Source: Isurus oxyrinchus
Lineage: Eukaryota
DNA length: 64,000 nt
Assembly (NCBI GenBank): GCA_026770705.1
Contig: JANJGN010000008.1
Span: forward strand, 68,820,001-68,884,000
Direction of reading: 5' to 3'
Part shown: piece after piece, positions 1 to 12,660 of the stretch
How the letters are laid out: each line of letters starts with the position of its first letter
Numbering within the stretch: position 1 is the stretch's first letter
Made by a program: the position numbers and the translations under genes
Notes under the pieces: generated by a model
Database searches by the model: none
Told to the model about the DNA's origin: nothing
What the model saw: the letters and a program-made list of their open reading frames with translations, nothing else

Positions 1-2814
1 CTGGAACTCCATCACCTCTCCCCGGCAGAGACTTCTTGCAGTATTTCGAATGTAATTGTTGCGCTTGTGGGAATCATCAATCCGTAAACATTTAAAATAA
101 CCACAAGTATGTTTAAAAACCATCCAAGAGGTCCAATGAAATCCCTGAGCATTTTCTTTCAGCTCGTTTTGACATTAGAGTAGAATCCATGGCATGTCAA
201 AGTGAAGAATGCCAGATTGAATTAACTCTGATCTCGTGTGTAAATATGAAACAGAAACCACTTTGCAGCAATATTAAAGTTGTAAGCACTCACTGCCACT
301 GCACTAGGTGGGAACGAGCTTACTCATTTTATGGCATGCCTGTAGCACTGAAATAGTATCTAAGTTAGAAATTGTAGTGAGAGTGCACTACATTATATTG
401 TTAAGAGGATGAACAATATAGAATCCCCAACAGGATTATTTTTAAAGAAGGAACCAGCCTGGTAATTCCTTTGAGAGGAAAATCAGTTGCAGAATTGCAC
501 AAACGTTTTTAACAATTTAAATTAATTATATTATTAAGTTTCAATAATATCGTGCATTAAGTAGGCATTGAACTAATCGTGCCTTAGAAGGAGGATCACA
601 AATCTACAGTAACCTTGCCCTTTTATGCTAATTTTACAGTACAGTAAAAAGATTGAGTGTTGTATATGTTTCAAAGCTCTTCATCTTCAATGAGCCACTT
701 TGAAGCGCCCTGATTATTGTTATGTAGCCAGACAGGCCCAACGCTCCCAACTGTTAACTTATTACACCATCGTCTTTACACCGTTCAAAATGCAATTCGA
801 ATAGCAAGGATCTTAAACTTAATCAGAATTCAATGTACCAATTGAATTTTAGGATTGACTTTTCTTCAGGTTCGACGACCCCCTCCCATCCCCGCAAACG
901 TTTTGATTTGTGTGGCCTCACATTTATGTATAAAGAAAGTTAATTTGAGATGATCATGCGTGTCAGCCCAGTTTTCACAAACCGCACAGCCGAGGTTGGA
1001 TAAGAGCTGCCGTTTGGTATGAGGTTACCCACTCAAATTGTGGGGGTTATATTAGCAATTGGGTGTATTTGTGGAGCAGAAAATTTTACCAACTTGATAC
1101 TAAGTAAATATATGGTGAAATAGTGACATTAATTTTAGTTTCGGCTTCATAAAATCAGCAGTTATTGTAGCTAACATCTTCCACGTGATTGCATATAATT
1201 GGCAAATCGTATCGAAATTATATGTACACATTATAATGAAACCTCTTTCTGTCCTCTGGACTGTCCAAAGTCTGTGGTAAGCAATAGTTTACTTAGGAGA
1301 GACGGGCATTGCAAAATCCCGAAAACAGGAAATCGCTAACTCAATTTTCCAGATGTGAGTTAGCTACTGAATATAAATGTTTGCGCTTGAGGAGCGATTT
1401 TAAAATTCACTTTCTGAAACGATGTATTTGTTGACTAATTTAGTGACACGCCTGTGCAGCTGAATCATCGAGAGAGCTTCTAAATAAGGTCATGTTGAGC
1501 AAAGCCAGGTGAATTATTAGACATCAGCTGTATGTGTTGACCCTTAAAGTAACGCCTAACCAGAAACGTTAGTACATAAACCAGCTGCCGCCTCAAACTA
1601 AATTTATATACTGGTTTCAACATTTCAAATGGTCTGCAGTCTGAATTAGCCATTTTTGGCTGCCAAGAATGTAATGCCATTAGGAAGTATCAGCAGTTAA
1701 AAGCACATCATTGTACGGTAGATAGTGCTGTGGCTGGCAGTTTTTCTTCTGTGATGTCCTTTCATGATCTGCGAGTGATGTTTCAGCGACTTCACTACTC
1801 ATTGAATTCCTAATTAGCCATCACTCGCAAGGTGCCCAGCGCCTGCTTCCAGCAGCACGTTGTACACTGGAATGTGGATATACATTGAGAACATATCTTT
1901 AAACATGTACCCACTGCCCCTGCTACTTGACTGTTTATTAAACGCTCCCTTAGTAACACCTGATCTTCAATTAAGTTCTGTCCGTCCTGTATTAGTGCCA
2001 CGTCAATAGCTGAACTTGCGAGAGTGTTTATTAAGTCGGTCCCTGATGCCCAATTTCTGATCGCATTAATCCAGCTCTAATACCAATGCAGGCGTACCCA
2101 CTGCCAGATTTTAAACGCAATTCCATCATTGGATTACATAGTTTTGTGCTGCCGCTGCATTTTCAAAAACCGTCCTATCTGGTTCTTCTTTCTAAGCGGC
2201 TTAAGATCGTGACCTTGGGTGCTGGCTGATCGAAAGTGGCAGTGACAAAATAACACTTCAATCTGTGAAACAAAACGAAGCAAAGAAAGCCACCACAGGT
2301 TCAATGTCAGAAATTTACTAATATTGCTACATAATATTAACCTGACTGCAGGGTGTATTCGGTGGAACGTATATCAGTGAAAATGCAGCTTTTACATTTA
2401 CACCATCTAATATTCAACATAAACAAAAGCCAAACACAAACTACAATCGGCTTCCATTCGAAGTGTAATCGATCTGATCTTTATGCAAGAACCGGATTCA
2501 AAATGTACACAGAGCAATCTGCAACATGAGTGAATGCCCTGTTTACTCACAAATTCAGATGATAAATATTCCCTTCTCAAGAGCTCATTCGGAGTTAACT
2601 CCGTGCAGAGGGCGGCGGGTGAACTTGACCGTCTATTTCCAATCCAATGTCCATTATTAAAACCGACTTATTTCTCTATCACTTTATCACTTTGGGCTAA
2701 CAGTAAATAGTATTGCGGCGGTTTGGAGCACTCTACAGAAAAGGAGTGCGTGTAATTTTAGTATCAGTAAGACAAAGGGTATATGTAACCTGAGCGAAAA
2801 TGGATTCGCCATAA

Positions 2815-3740
2815 AGGCAACTGCGGTTACCTGTAGGAATGTTTCACACAGAAGGAAATACAGTTACCTGTAGCAATGTTTGATTGATAAGGAAGTGTAG
2901 TTACTTGCAGTAATGTTTGATTGATAACAAAGTGTAGTTACTTGCAGTAACGTCTGATTGATAAGTAAGTGTAGATACTTGCAGTAATGTTTGATTAATG
3001 AGTAAGGTTTGATTGATAAGTAAATGTAGTTACTTGCAGTAATGTTTTATTTATAAGTGTAGTTACTTGCAGTAATGTTGATTGATAAGGAAGTGTAGAT
3101 ACTTGTAGTAATGTTTGATTAATGAGTAAGGTTTGATTGATAAGTAAGCGTAGTTACTTGCCGTAATGTTTGATTGATAAGAAAGTGTAGTTACTTGTAG
3201 TAATGTTCGATTAATAAGGAAATGTAGATACTTGTAGTAATGTTTGATTAATGAGTAAGTGTAGTTACTTGCAGTAATGTTTGATTGATAAGAAAGTGTA
3301 GTTACTTGCAGTAATGTTTGATTGATAAGTAAATGTCGTTACTTGCAGTCATGTTTGATTGATAAGAAAGTGTAGTTACTTGTAGTAATGTTCGATTGAT
3401 AAGGAAATGTAGATACTTGTAGTAATGTTTGATTAATGAGTAAGGTTTGATTGATAAGTAAATGTGGTTACCTGCAGTAATGTTTGATAAGAAAATGTAG
3501 ATACTTGTAGTTATGTTTGGTGAATGAGTAAGGTTTGATGGATAAGAAAGCGTAGTTATTTGCAGTAATGTTTGATTGATAAGTAAGTGTAGTTACTTGC
3601 AGTAATGTTTGATTGATAAGAGCAATAACCTGTGGTAATTTTCTTGGAGAGGTAATTGCATTTAGCTGTAGTAACGCTTCATTAATAGAAAAATGCCGTT
3701 ACCTGTAGTAATATTTAATTGAGGGGAACATGCAATTGCC
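2815..3740. repeat. 37-bp minisatellite (GTAGTTACTTGCAGTAATGTTTGATTGATAAGAAAGT), roughly 20+ copies with recurring variant units
   Basis: Unit starts recur at 3261 and 3298 (period 37); copies degenerate at both edges. Confidence 0.92.
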
Positions 3741-4904
3741 TGTAACGGCGTCCCATGGAGAGTACTGGATCCCAGAGGTTAGTATTTAAATAAATGTCCA
3801 GAATAGATCCGTCCACCCTGCCCTTACCTACACTACCAGATTGCACTTTCGCGTGATTGCGAAAAGTAACAGCAATATTGGATATAGCAGGGATTGTTCC
3901 ATGTTACTTAATATTGATATTCTCCATTGGAGTTAATCAACGCCGCCAGTATTTTCGCAGTGTGAAAATATCCCGAATGAAATGGGGCGAGTGCTTTAAT
4001 CCTCTAGCTGTTGAGGGAAACAGATAGGAATCTGACCATGTCTTCGGTAATGTTTCTCTTCTGTACAAATCCCGGCAAACACAGCCCCCAGAATGGAAAT
4101 ATTGCACAATGAGCATCAAAAGGTTTGTTAGGATTTGCAGCCGATAACCAACCCGTTCGCAGGAACTTGCGCTCTGAAGCACGATTCTGTGTGAATGTGA
4201 TGTCAAGATTAAAGAGCGAAGGAGAATTAATTGAATTAATTGTTACGGCAACGGATTAAAATCATTAATAGGACCATTAATAAATCAAACACATTTAAAG
4301 AAAATAAAGTCATTTCTGAATAGGCAAATAGTAAAGCTGTACCACAGCAAAGCAGATTGTTAATCAAATACTGCAGCATTCTGGTGGTAAATTTACATTT
4401 ACAACATTTAAATGGAGAAGATATTCTCAATTTTAATTGCTCTTAATTTGCTTTGGAATCTGCCCAGTGAAATGTGCAGCATTTCTCCAGCAGGAGGAGG
4501 CAAAGGGTTAATTTAAACATATGTGGTTTCAGTGACTTTGGAAGTGCTGGGATCAGCGCTCCTTCACCTGCAGAACTGCTGCTTCCAGTTTAGCATGATG
4601 CTCCGATTTTTTCATCTGAATATTTCTTACGATTGCGGATACTTTATGATCTCCTCGTTTTTTTTAACCTCCCCCGGGTTCTGAACAAGTTTGGTCAGAG
4701 TGACAGTTTTCAGTCAGCTAAAGTTCATGGCACCGCGCGGCCCTGGCCTTCTGAACGCCTGTACTGTTGTTGGGCGATCTGACTCGCGGGAAGCGACAGC
4801 CGCTGCAGCCCAGCCGGCGGCAAGATAGCGCAGGCTGGTGTATTCGCATGGGGCAGGGTTCGGGCACAAGGAGGCAAGAGTGGGACTCAGCATCCTGGTA
4901 CACC

Positions 4905-5180
4905 TTAGAGATAGATTGACCATCGATGGAGAGATAGCTGGGTAAAGCTTAGATTGGGAGATATATAGATAGACACACAATGACATATTGATGGATATAG
5001 AGGTAGATTGTTAGGTAATTAGGCAGTTTAGATAGAGGTAGATATATACATAAAGTTAATATATATCGTTTACTTAATAAATGTGGATGGACAAAGTTTA
5101 ATCTATATAGAGGTGAATAGATTATTAGGTGTAGAGAAGACAAATCTTTCGCTGGATTCCTATAGAGACTGTGATAGATG
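4905..5180. repeat. Degenerate (TAGA/GATA)-rich low-complexity tract
   Basis: Repeated gatag/tagat words; the likely source of spurious Y/L/I-rich ORFs. Confidence 0.6.
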
Positions 5181-5379
5181 CCGCATTGCTGTTTCTCCCC
5201 GCGGAGAAGTTATTTGAATTCATTTCACAAGAGCAAGTTTTTTTTATCATTTTAATTCTACGGCCTTAGCGAAGCTGACTGTTACTGAAGGATTTGGTAG
5301 CTTTGCCAGCGGAGATTTCATCAGCCCCTGTGCAACGCTTGCACACACAGGCAGGCAGACCCGCGCTGTTTGGCTCGGG

Positions 5380-5600
5380 GGTGGGGGTTTTCGGTAAGTC
5401 TGCCTGGGGAGGGAGGTTGGACCCTTTCCTCTTGCGCATTCTGCGCATGTCCACCACGCCTGTAACTGAGACGAGTTGCGGGGCAGGTAATGGAGCCAAT
5501 CGGTGAGAAACTGCTGGCAATCAATGGGCTGTTTAGTGTCAGCCCCCTTTTAATTAGATCATCCAGCTCCAAATCGTTAACACAAGTTTTTTTTTAAACC
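5380..5600 (+). promoter_or_regulatory. Putative Emx3 proximal promoter
   Basis: GC-rich stretch just upstream of exon 1 with an NRF1-like TGCGCATTCTGCGCATG (~5433-5449), a CCAAT box (gagCCAATc ~5493-5501) and a TTAATTAG homeodomain site (~5550-5557). The transcription start cannot be fixed from sequence alone. Confidence 0.55.
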
Positions 5601-5771
5601 GAATCACACATTGCCAGGTACGCATATGGATTGTGATATGGATTGGAGTCCACATTGGATCTAAGGAATTGTGCCTACTGGGGAAAAGCAAACCTTCTTT
5701 CGGCCCTGTTTTTGGACTTTCTCAAACCTTCCCGATCTTTGCCATCAGAGCCAACCCATTTGGCGAAAGCC

Positions 5772-6123
5772 ATGTTCCAGCCTGCGACCAAGAAATGCTT
5801 CACCATCGAGGCTCTGGTAGGCAAAGACAGCTCCTCCACACTTGGGGATGAGCCCCTTCGACCCACAGCTCTGAGATACGCCGATTCGGTGCACGCTTCT
5901 CCCTTTGGGAGCGGCTTTCAGAACGCCGGCAGGACTCTCTACGGCAGCCCCGAGCTCCTGTTCCCGGAGCCGGTGACACACGCGGCCAGCCCCGCTCTCT
6001 CTATGCACCCGGGGAACCCGCACCATCTCCCCGCACAGTCTTTCTTTGCACCGCAGCAGAGAGAAGCGCTGAGTTTTTACCCATGGGTATTAAGGAACAG
6101 ATACCTGGGTCACAGGTTTCAAG
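5772..6123 (+). CDS. emx3: Emx3 homeobox gene, coding exon 1 (MFQPATKKCFTIEALVGKD...FYPWVLRNRYLGHRFQ/G)
   Basis: ATG at 5772 in gccATG context. Emx N-terminal eh1-like motif FTIEALV and YPW-type motif FYPWVLRNR. Ends CAA G|GTAAAT (phase-1 donor at 6124). The N-terminus and RYLGHRFQG resemble remembered teleost emx3 more than Emx1 or Emx2. Confidence 0.93.
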
Positions 6124-7171
6124 GTAAATTGTTAGAATTTTAAGTAATGACAGTTTGTAAGTATCGTATCCAAAGAAAAAGGTATAAAATATTAAATTGC
6201 ATCCGAATAAAACTCACTAACCAACTCTTACTTTACAGATCGGTTAGACAAACTCCTAATCTCAGCTCCTTACATCCTGCGTGTCTACGAGTTATGTTTT
6301 AAACAGCTCTTGCTAGGCAAGGGGTTAGTTTGAAAAAGAAAATCGACCACTTTTACATCGTTAGACTACCGACAATATCCTGTGCAGGCTCTTTATTCGA
6401 TTTTCGATTCTCAAAACATAAACACGTCGTTAAGCATGTAAATCAGGATTATGTAGTAGTGTACAATACCGGTTAGATATGACTGGAACTGAAACCACAG
6501 TTCAGTTCAGATGGAAATTTGAGTTCAAAAGTAAACTCCGCGCGAATGAGTAAGGGTTCAATTTGAACGAAGATCAGGGGATGGTTTAAAAATATAAATG
6601 AGAAGGCTCTGTAATAACCAGGCGTTAGCACCAATTCTAGAAAAGCGCCGCCACTTCACTTGGGATACACTGGGCTGCAGCTCACCTGACTGCCACAGCT
6701 TCCGCCGAGTTCCTGAACTTTGGGGTTCTCACGACCACAGGACTGCCTGGGCTCAATCAGCCGTTGTTGCGGATTTAAATAAGTTTGGAAAGGTGGCCAC
6801 GAACGTTCTGATGCTCCTGTCCTCGGTGGCTCCGAATCCAGTTAGCAAGCTACGGTTCCATCTAAGGCTAACGAAACGCCACACTACGACTAGGAATTTT
6901 TATCTGGAATGAAAACACAGAAAGAGGTTTGAAATGTGCAGGGTGCACCTTGCTTTTGCAAACTGGCCGCACTCCCACTGAATTTAGGAGAGTTGGATTA
7001 ATTTTAAAAAATACCGTTTGCAATCGAGTTTTTTTTTAATGCAAACCGATTTATTTGCTGCAAATTGTCACATGGATCACCTTTGGTACTGTAGTAAAAC
7101 TGCTGGTTTAATATGTGTTTACACTCCAGGCAAAGGCGCACCTTGTTTGCGGTTCACAGTCTCTCTAGGTC

Positions 7172-7308
7172 CTGAACACAAACCGAGCTGGAAATACTCA
7201 GCAGGTAGTGGCAGCCTCTGTGGAGAGAGAAACTGAGTTAACGTTTCAGGTGGATGACCCTTCGTCGTGTTTTCATTCCAGATTTCCAGCAATCGCAGTA
7301 TTTGCTTT
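7172..7308 (-). mobile_element. Short Penelope-type terminal-repeat fragment with a decayed hammerhead-like motif
   Basis: gctggaaatactcagcagg...gagttaacgtttcaggtggatgacccttcgtcg is homologous to the 21.8 kb and 52.9 kb elements. Imperfect flanking repeat agtctctctagg / agtctctaag. Confidence 0.65.
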
Positions 7309-9541
7309 AGTCTCTAAGTTCAGTAAATTGTGAGTATTCCTTCTATTAATGTACATCAATCAGCAGAGGAAAGCCACGTTAAATTACAACACTATTCTAT
7401 TATACATCTGAAAGGCGCAACGCCATCAATTTGAAATGAATCAGATCTGGGTCTAATTGTCTCCTACTGATGGCCTCAATACCTTTACAACCAGTACCCT
7501 ATTAAAAACCAGCCATTACGACGCAAGTGCTTGTGGTATAATATTCTTTGTTGCACATGAACGCAGTCTGTTTACCTAGTCATCGTCTAGACTTTAAGAA
7601 AAACGACTTGGCGGAAAGCATTTAAATATATTGTGAATTATACAAACATATCTTTCTTGGAAGATCTGAGAAAACGCACTGCAAAAGCCTTGCTGTAAAA
7701 GCAGAATATGTGCGCAGTGTTTGGTTAGCCTGCGCTTTTCCACCAGTTTAATTCAATAAGTTTAAAATGGCAATTTGCTAGTGTAAGTAATTTACACACA
7801 CTCGCACAACTGAATTGCATGATTCCAGTAATGAGGTTTAGCACAGAAAGATTGAATTCCTATGTAACAGTTGTAATGCGCGGATATTTTAAAGTTGTCT
7901 TCTGATATTTATACACCAGAATCATTTGATTTATATTATACGTGATACAGCATGACCCATATAATTGACTGGAGCTGTTGTAAAACAGTCTGATAGTCCA
8001 TATATAAAGATTATCACATATTCGGGATGTGAAAGGCGCTTTACAACTCCCAAGTTCTTACTTAATGAAATTTGCATCTTGATTTTTTTTTGAATATAAA
8101 CACAATCATTGTGAAGGAAATAGATTGGGTTTAAAATTCCATTGAATCACTCTTTGAACTTATAAATTTCCAGGGGTGAGGGACGAAGTCGTCCAAATTA
8201 GTTTTAAATTCCACCCATTCTTCGGGGCATTAAAAGTTGGTGGGTCTCAGAGGAAGATGGCGGGACAAAATGACATTGCTCCTCGTGACTGAATTAGAAA
8301 TCGGGATCAGCGGTGGAGCTGGAGGAGGGAAAATGCAGCCTCTTCGGAAAAGGCGAAAATTGGTTGACACATTGTTTCTAAGTTATCTGTTTAGTGAAGC
8401 TTGATTTTGAGATAATTTGAAGGAATTTTTTTTAACAATCTATAAGTTTAAAACAAGAAATGCAACCAAACACAGATTAACACTGAAATATTGTATCACC
8501 CCTGTAGAGAATTTCAGTTGTACCTCACATGTAAATATAAACTGGCGATAACAAGTTAACTTTATCACAAGCGACGCGCAGAGTAAAACAATAAAATTAT
8601 TACTTGTACACACACAGCAGACTGTACAGCTTGGGACCCCGCAAGTTTATCTTACACAGCACATTGCAGGCCGTGCAGCACGTGTTATAGAGTCTGCAGA
8701 GTTGGAGACATGTAATAGACTGTCCATTGCAAGTCCATAATCTATAGGTCTATTGTATACTGTGCATAACACAAATGTACCTTACGCTGTGCATAGTAGA
8801 GAGTTCATGTAGAGTGTATTACATTATTGTGCAGAGCACTTTACCTTTGTAGACTTCGATACAACATACAATGCAGGTTAAAAAAAACGTCGTAAAGCAT
8901 GTCACAAACTGAAAAGAGCTCGCGACTGACCTCGCGCACAACACTGACAGCATGCTAGATTCAGGGGAAAATTCCTTCCAGCGCGCAACATGCTAAGGAC
9001 ATGCAAAGTACATTAAAAGTCCGCAGAGAATGTGAGAGTATGTAAATACTTCGCTAATCTTATGAGGAAAACTTTGTGACTTTGCGTGCCACAGACCTGT
9101 AAACACTTTAAAATGGATTACCCATCATGAGTGGTTAGGGCTGCGGTGCGTGTGCCTGACTTACTAACATTGTCTTTCAAAGCTAAGTGCAATTTCTTTA
9201 ACGTATAGATCATTTGAAGTGTGATATAAACCTATAGATTTCGAAGCACTTAGTACATGTTTTAATTACACCTCCATAAATATTAACTAAGTGTTAGATC
9301 AATTACTCGCTTTTCACTCCCATACATATTAGGGACATTGCGTTGATGCATTGGAAAATGTAATTCTCTGATATAAAAAAGCTGAATTTAAATATTATTT
9401 ACTTTAGTAAGGGGCTACAGTAATGGTGCTCAAAAGTTGAAGGGACGACAGCACTTGAAACTCGAAATATCATTCTGCTGTTTATTACATGACCTGGACC
9501 CCTTGATTAAAGTAGTATCGTGCGACTTAGCCTCATATATT

Positions 9542-9576
<35 letters not shown>
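9542..9576. repeat. (TG)n(TA)n microsatellite
   Basis: tgtgtgtgtgtatatatatatatatatatatatat. Confidence 0.95.
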
Positions 9577-10779
9577 TTGCTGTTTTTCATAAGTAGAGTT
9601 TATATGGAGAAACAATTCTCCAATATCGAACTTTATTCCCTGAAACTACATTTTCTGAACACTATATTGAATGTGTATCAGATGTGCTATGGATAGTTGC
9701 TCCAGACTTACTATCTAACTGATGAACTAAACAATCAGAAAGATACAACGTAGACGTCATTCTGATTAATCCTTTAATATAGGTGATGTAACCTTGCTTT
9801 ACATAATTAAACCTAATCATTTATACAAATGTTTCACATTTGCAACATATGCAAATTGAAGACATTTTATTGAAGGAGAAATGTCCTAAAATTATCAGTG
9901 ATCTTGTTTGCAGAGTAGCTGGTTAAACCAGACTGTTAGAATGTCCCTGTAACATTAAAGTTGGACCATGTATGACAGTGTATGTGACTTGCAAAGATTT
10001 TGCACCTCTCGACCAGTACATGACATGTATGGTAACTCTTGCAAGCTTTTTGTTACCAGTAAGCCACGTGGTTATACCGACTGACCTTGTGTTACTGCTA
10101 GGCCATGTGTGATCACATATTTTAACCTCTATGGGCTTTCTGTCATAAATAGGCTGCATATTTGCAATGTAAATACTATACAAAGGTGGTATTGTTAAGA
10201 TCATTAAAACATATAATTATAAAGTTATACCTAAGTAAGTTGTTTTTGCCCACAATTTTATTAAATTGTAATCCTTCGATGAAATGTTTTTTTCTAGTGT
10301 AAGGTCTGAAAACATGTGAGTCTCTCTCTCTGCAATTGACAACAACATTCAGAGGACATTTTTTTTTTTCTGAAGCATCACCAATGGGTGTTGACAGTTA
10401 CTTCCACCATTGCTCCTGCCTGGATCTTCCACTTTAAAGAGATAAAGTCCAAATCTTGATGATTTAAACAAGTCTAACTTCTTAAAATGAAACTGTATAA
10501 TATACTCATCTTTTGATGTCTTAACTGGATGAATCACATTATACAGCTTTTCAATGTAAATATTTTAAAATGAAAACCACAAATATAGTATTATTTATAA
10601 AAATGTAAATGCATAACCACAACACCTGTTTATATTTTTAGGTTTTCTCAGTAAGGGCATAGAGTACAAGAAATGGAGTAACGATGAATATACAGAAGGC
10701 AACAGTGAGGGTATAGTTAGAGGATTGTGTGTATTTTTGGATGTCATAAAGCCATAGGGAGTATACAACACAATTTGTG

Positions 10780-11220
10780 CTGAGGTATACAACACAGAGA
10801 TTAGAAACTAATAACATGACCAGAGATTTTGGATACTGTGACTATTTTCTTTGAAGTGAAAAAGCCTATGCGGAGATTTATTAGAGACTTTTAAAATCAT
10901 GATGAGTTTTGATAGGGTGACAGATCATTTTCTCCAGTTTAGAAGTCTGAGCCAAGAGGTTATCAATTCAAAATGACTAATCAGAGAGAGAGAGGTGAGA
11001 AGCTAGGGGAAATTTATTTACAAGAAATGTATTAGAAATTTGCCATGTAAACCCATTGAAGCATTACTATTACATATCTTAAAGAAAAAGTTGATAAACT
11101 TCTAAAGCAGAAGAAGCTACAGAACCAAAGGGAGAGAGAAGGGCTTGTTCTAGTAAAGAGCCAGCATCAACAGAGAAGGTTGAATGGCCCCCTTCTGAAG
11201 TGTACATTTCTATATTTCTA
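10780..11220 (+). mobile_element. Decayed CR1-type LINE 3' fragment
   Basis: Resembles CR1 3' ends: ggagatttattagagacttttaaaatcatgatgagttttgatagggt and terminal ggttgaatggcccccttctg...tttcta. Confidence 0.5.
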
Positions 11221-12334
11221 AGTAAAGGCAATAAGTTGCTTTATAGTAGAATATGGTTTAGCTGGATGTTAAGAGTTTCTTCCTTGACAATTTTCTTGAG
11301 ACTGTTGGTTTGAATAGAAAATGTGTCAGAGACACTGTCCCCAGAATTTAGAATCTATTTCAGGAAAGTCACTGATTTTGGGATTTGTGGCCCAATTAAG
11401 GAACAAATACTGCTCGTAGGATTGATAGTTCAATTAAGGAATAATATTTTTCCTGGGATTGTATATTCTTTTAAGAAATAGTCACTTAGTGATTTTCCTG
11501 AGATTATGGATACATTTTAAGAAATAGTTCCATCTAAGTCCTGGATTTAAAAAGGCACTGTCTCAACTGAGGAATTTAAAGTAACATAGTTGGAGAGAAG
11601 GTAATGAGTCTGCCACTAATGCATAGTTCTAGTTAACTTCTGCACATTATTAATTTGTTTGTAAATAGAAAGTAAAGTGTCAATTATGGCACAACAAATT
11701 CACATGGCTACCTTCATCTGTTTTAAACAGCCATTTCCTCTGTAATCTAGTTTAGTAGAGCACCTGCCTGAATAAAGCAGTAGTCACTATGTATAAAATT
11801 TACAGTAGTACTATATCATAATGGTGAATGAATCCAACATCTGGATTCAATCACCATTAGTTTGTTCTGAACTGAACCAGCTTGATTTCCCCAAGCACAA
11901 ACCTCCTTGGGTCATCCCATCAGCCATACTTCGATGCAAATCAAGAATAATCACTTCAGTTACAAAGCATTTGATTCAAAATCAGCTGAGATCTCTTCTA
12001 AAAATGTGCACACAAACAAAAAATAAATCCAAGGGAGGTCTGAAGACTTTATGCCATCTATTCAAATAACTATTTCCAATAAACTGCTGTGAATTTGGGC
12101 CATGCATATAATTACCCAACAAGTAACTTCAACCAGGTAAACTTCAAACAATCCATCTTTCCTATTTCTGTAGTTAATGGAGTAGAGTGAAGTATCACAG
12201 GGTAAGAGATGGAATGTCTCCACAGTACTGAGTCAACATGGAAACTTGATTTAAATGGCCACAGATGCTTTTGGATTATCCTCTTCAACAGCTTATATAC
12301 TATCAGTGCCTTGACCGAAACACACAACTTTGAC

Positions 12335-12660
12335 ATCAGATCAGGAAGATCCCAGGTTCAGCCTGGTTGTTACCTCATCATAACCAGGTTCTTGTAGGGA
12401 GAGTGAATAACTCTTACCAGCATTAGGTCAAAGAAAGATAAAGTAGCCAGAGTTTACATTCCTAAAGTTTGTGTGATTGGATATCAGGTAACAATAGAAT
12501 TGAACTTGGCTATGATGTCTTCTGTAGTTGAATGACTTTCACATTCTTGTTGTCAAAGATCACACAGGAATAATGATACATGGGTAAAGGCACTGAAGGA
12601 AATGGTATCCTAACAAAGAGTTAGCATCTTCAGGAGAGGACAGAAAAGAAGGTGGAAAAT
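12335..12660 (+). mobile_element. LF-SINE-like tRNA-derived SINE, decayed
   Basis: caggaagatcccaggttca (B-box-like) head and ...catcttcaggagaggacagaaaa tail resemble a remembered LF-SINE-related consensus. Similar copies on the - strand at ~39.4 and ~55.9 kb. Confidence 0.45.

Noticed and set aside
2815-3740. CRISPR-like periodicity (37-bp repeats)
   Set aside because: Units are directly adjacent with no unique spacers, there are no cas genes, and the context is vertebrate.
5643-5771. N-terminal 43-aa extension in the ORF track
   Set aside because: Starts at TTG; Emx homology begins at MFQP (5772), which has a good Kozak context. Kept only as a speculative non-AUG extension.
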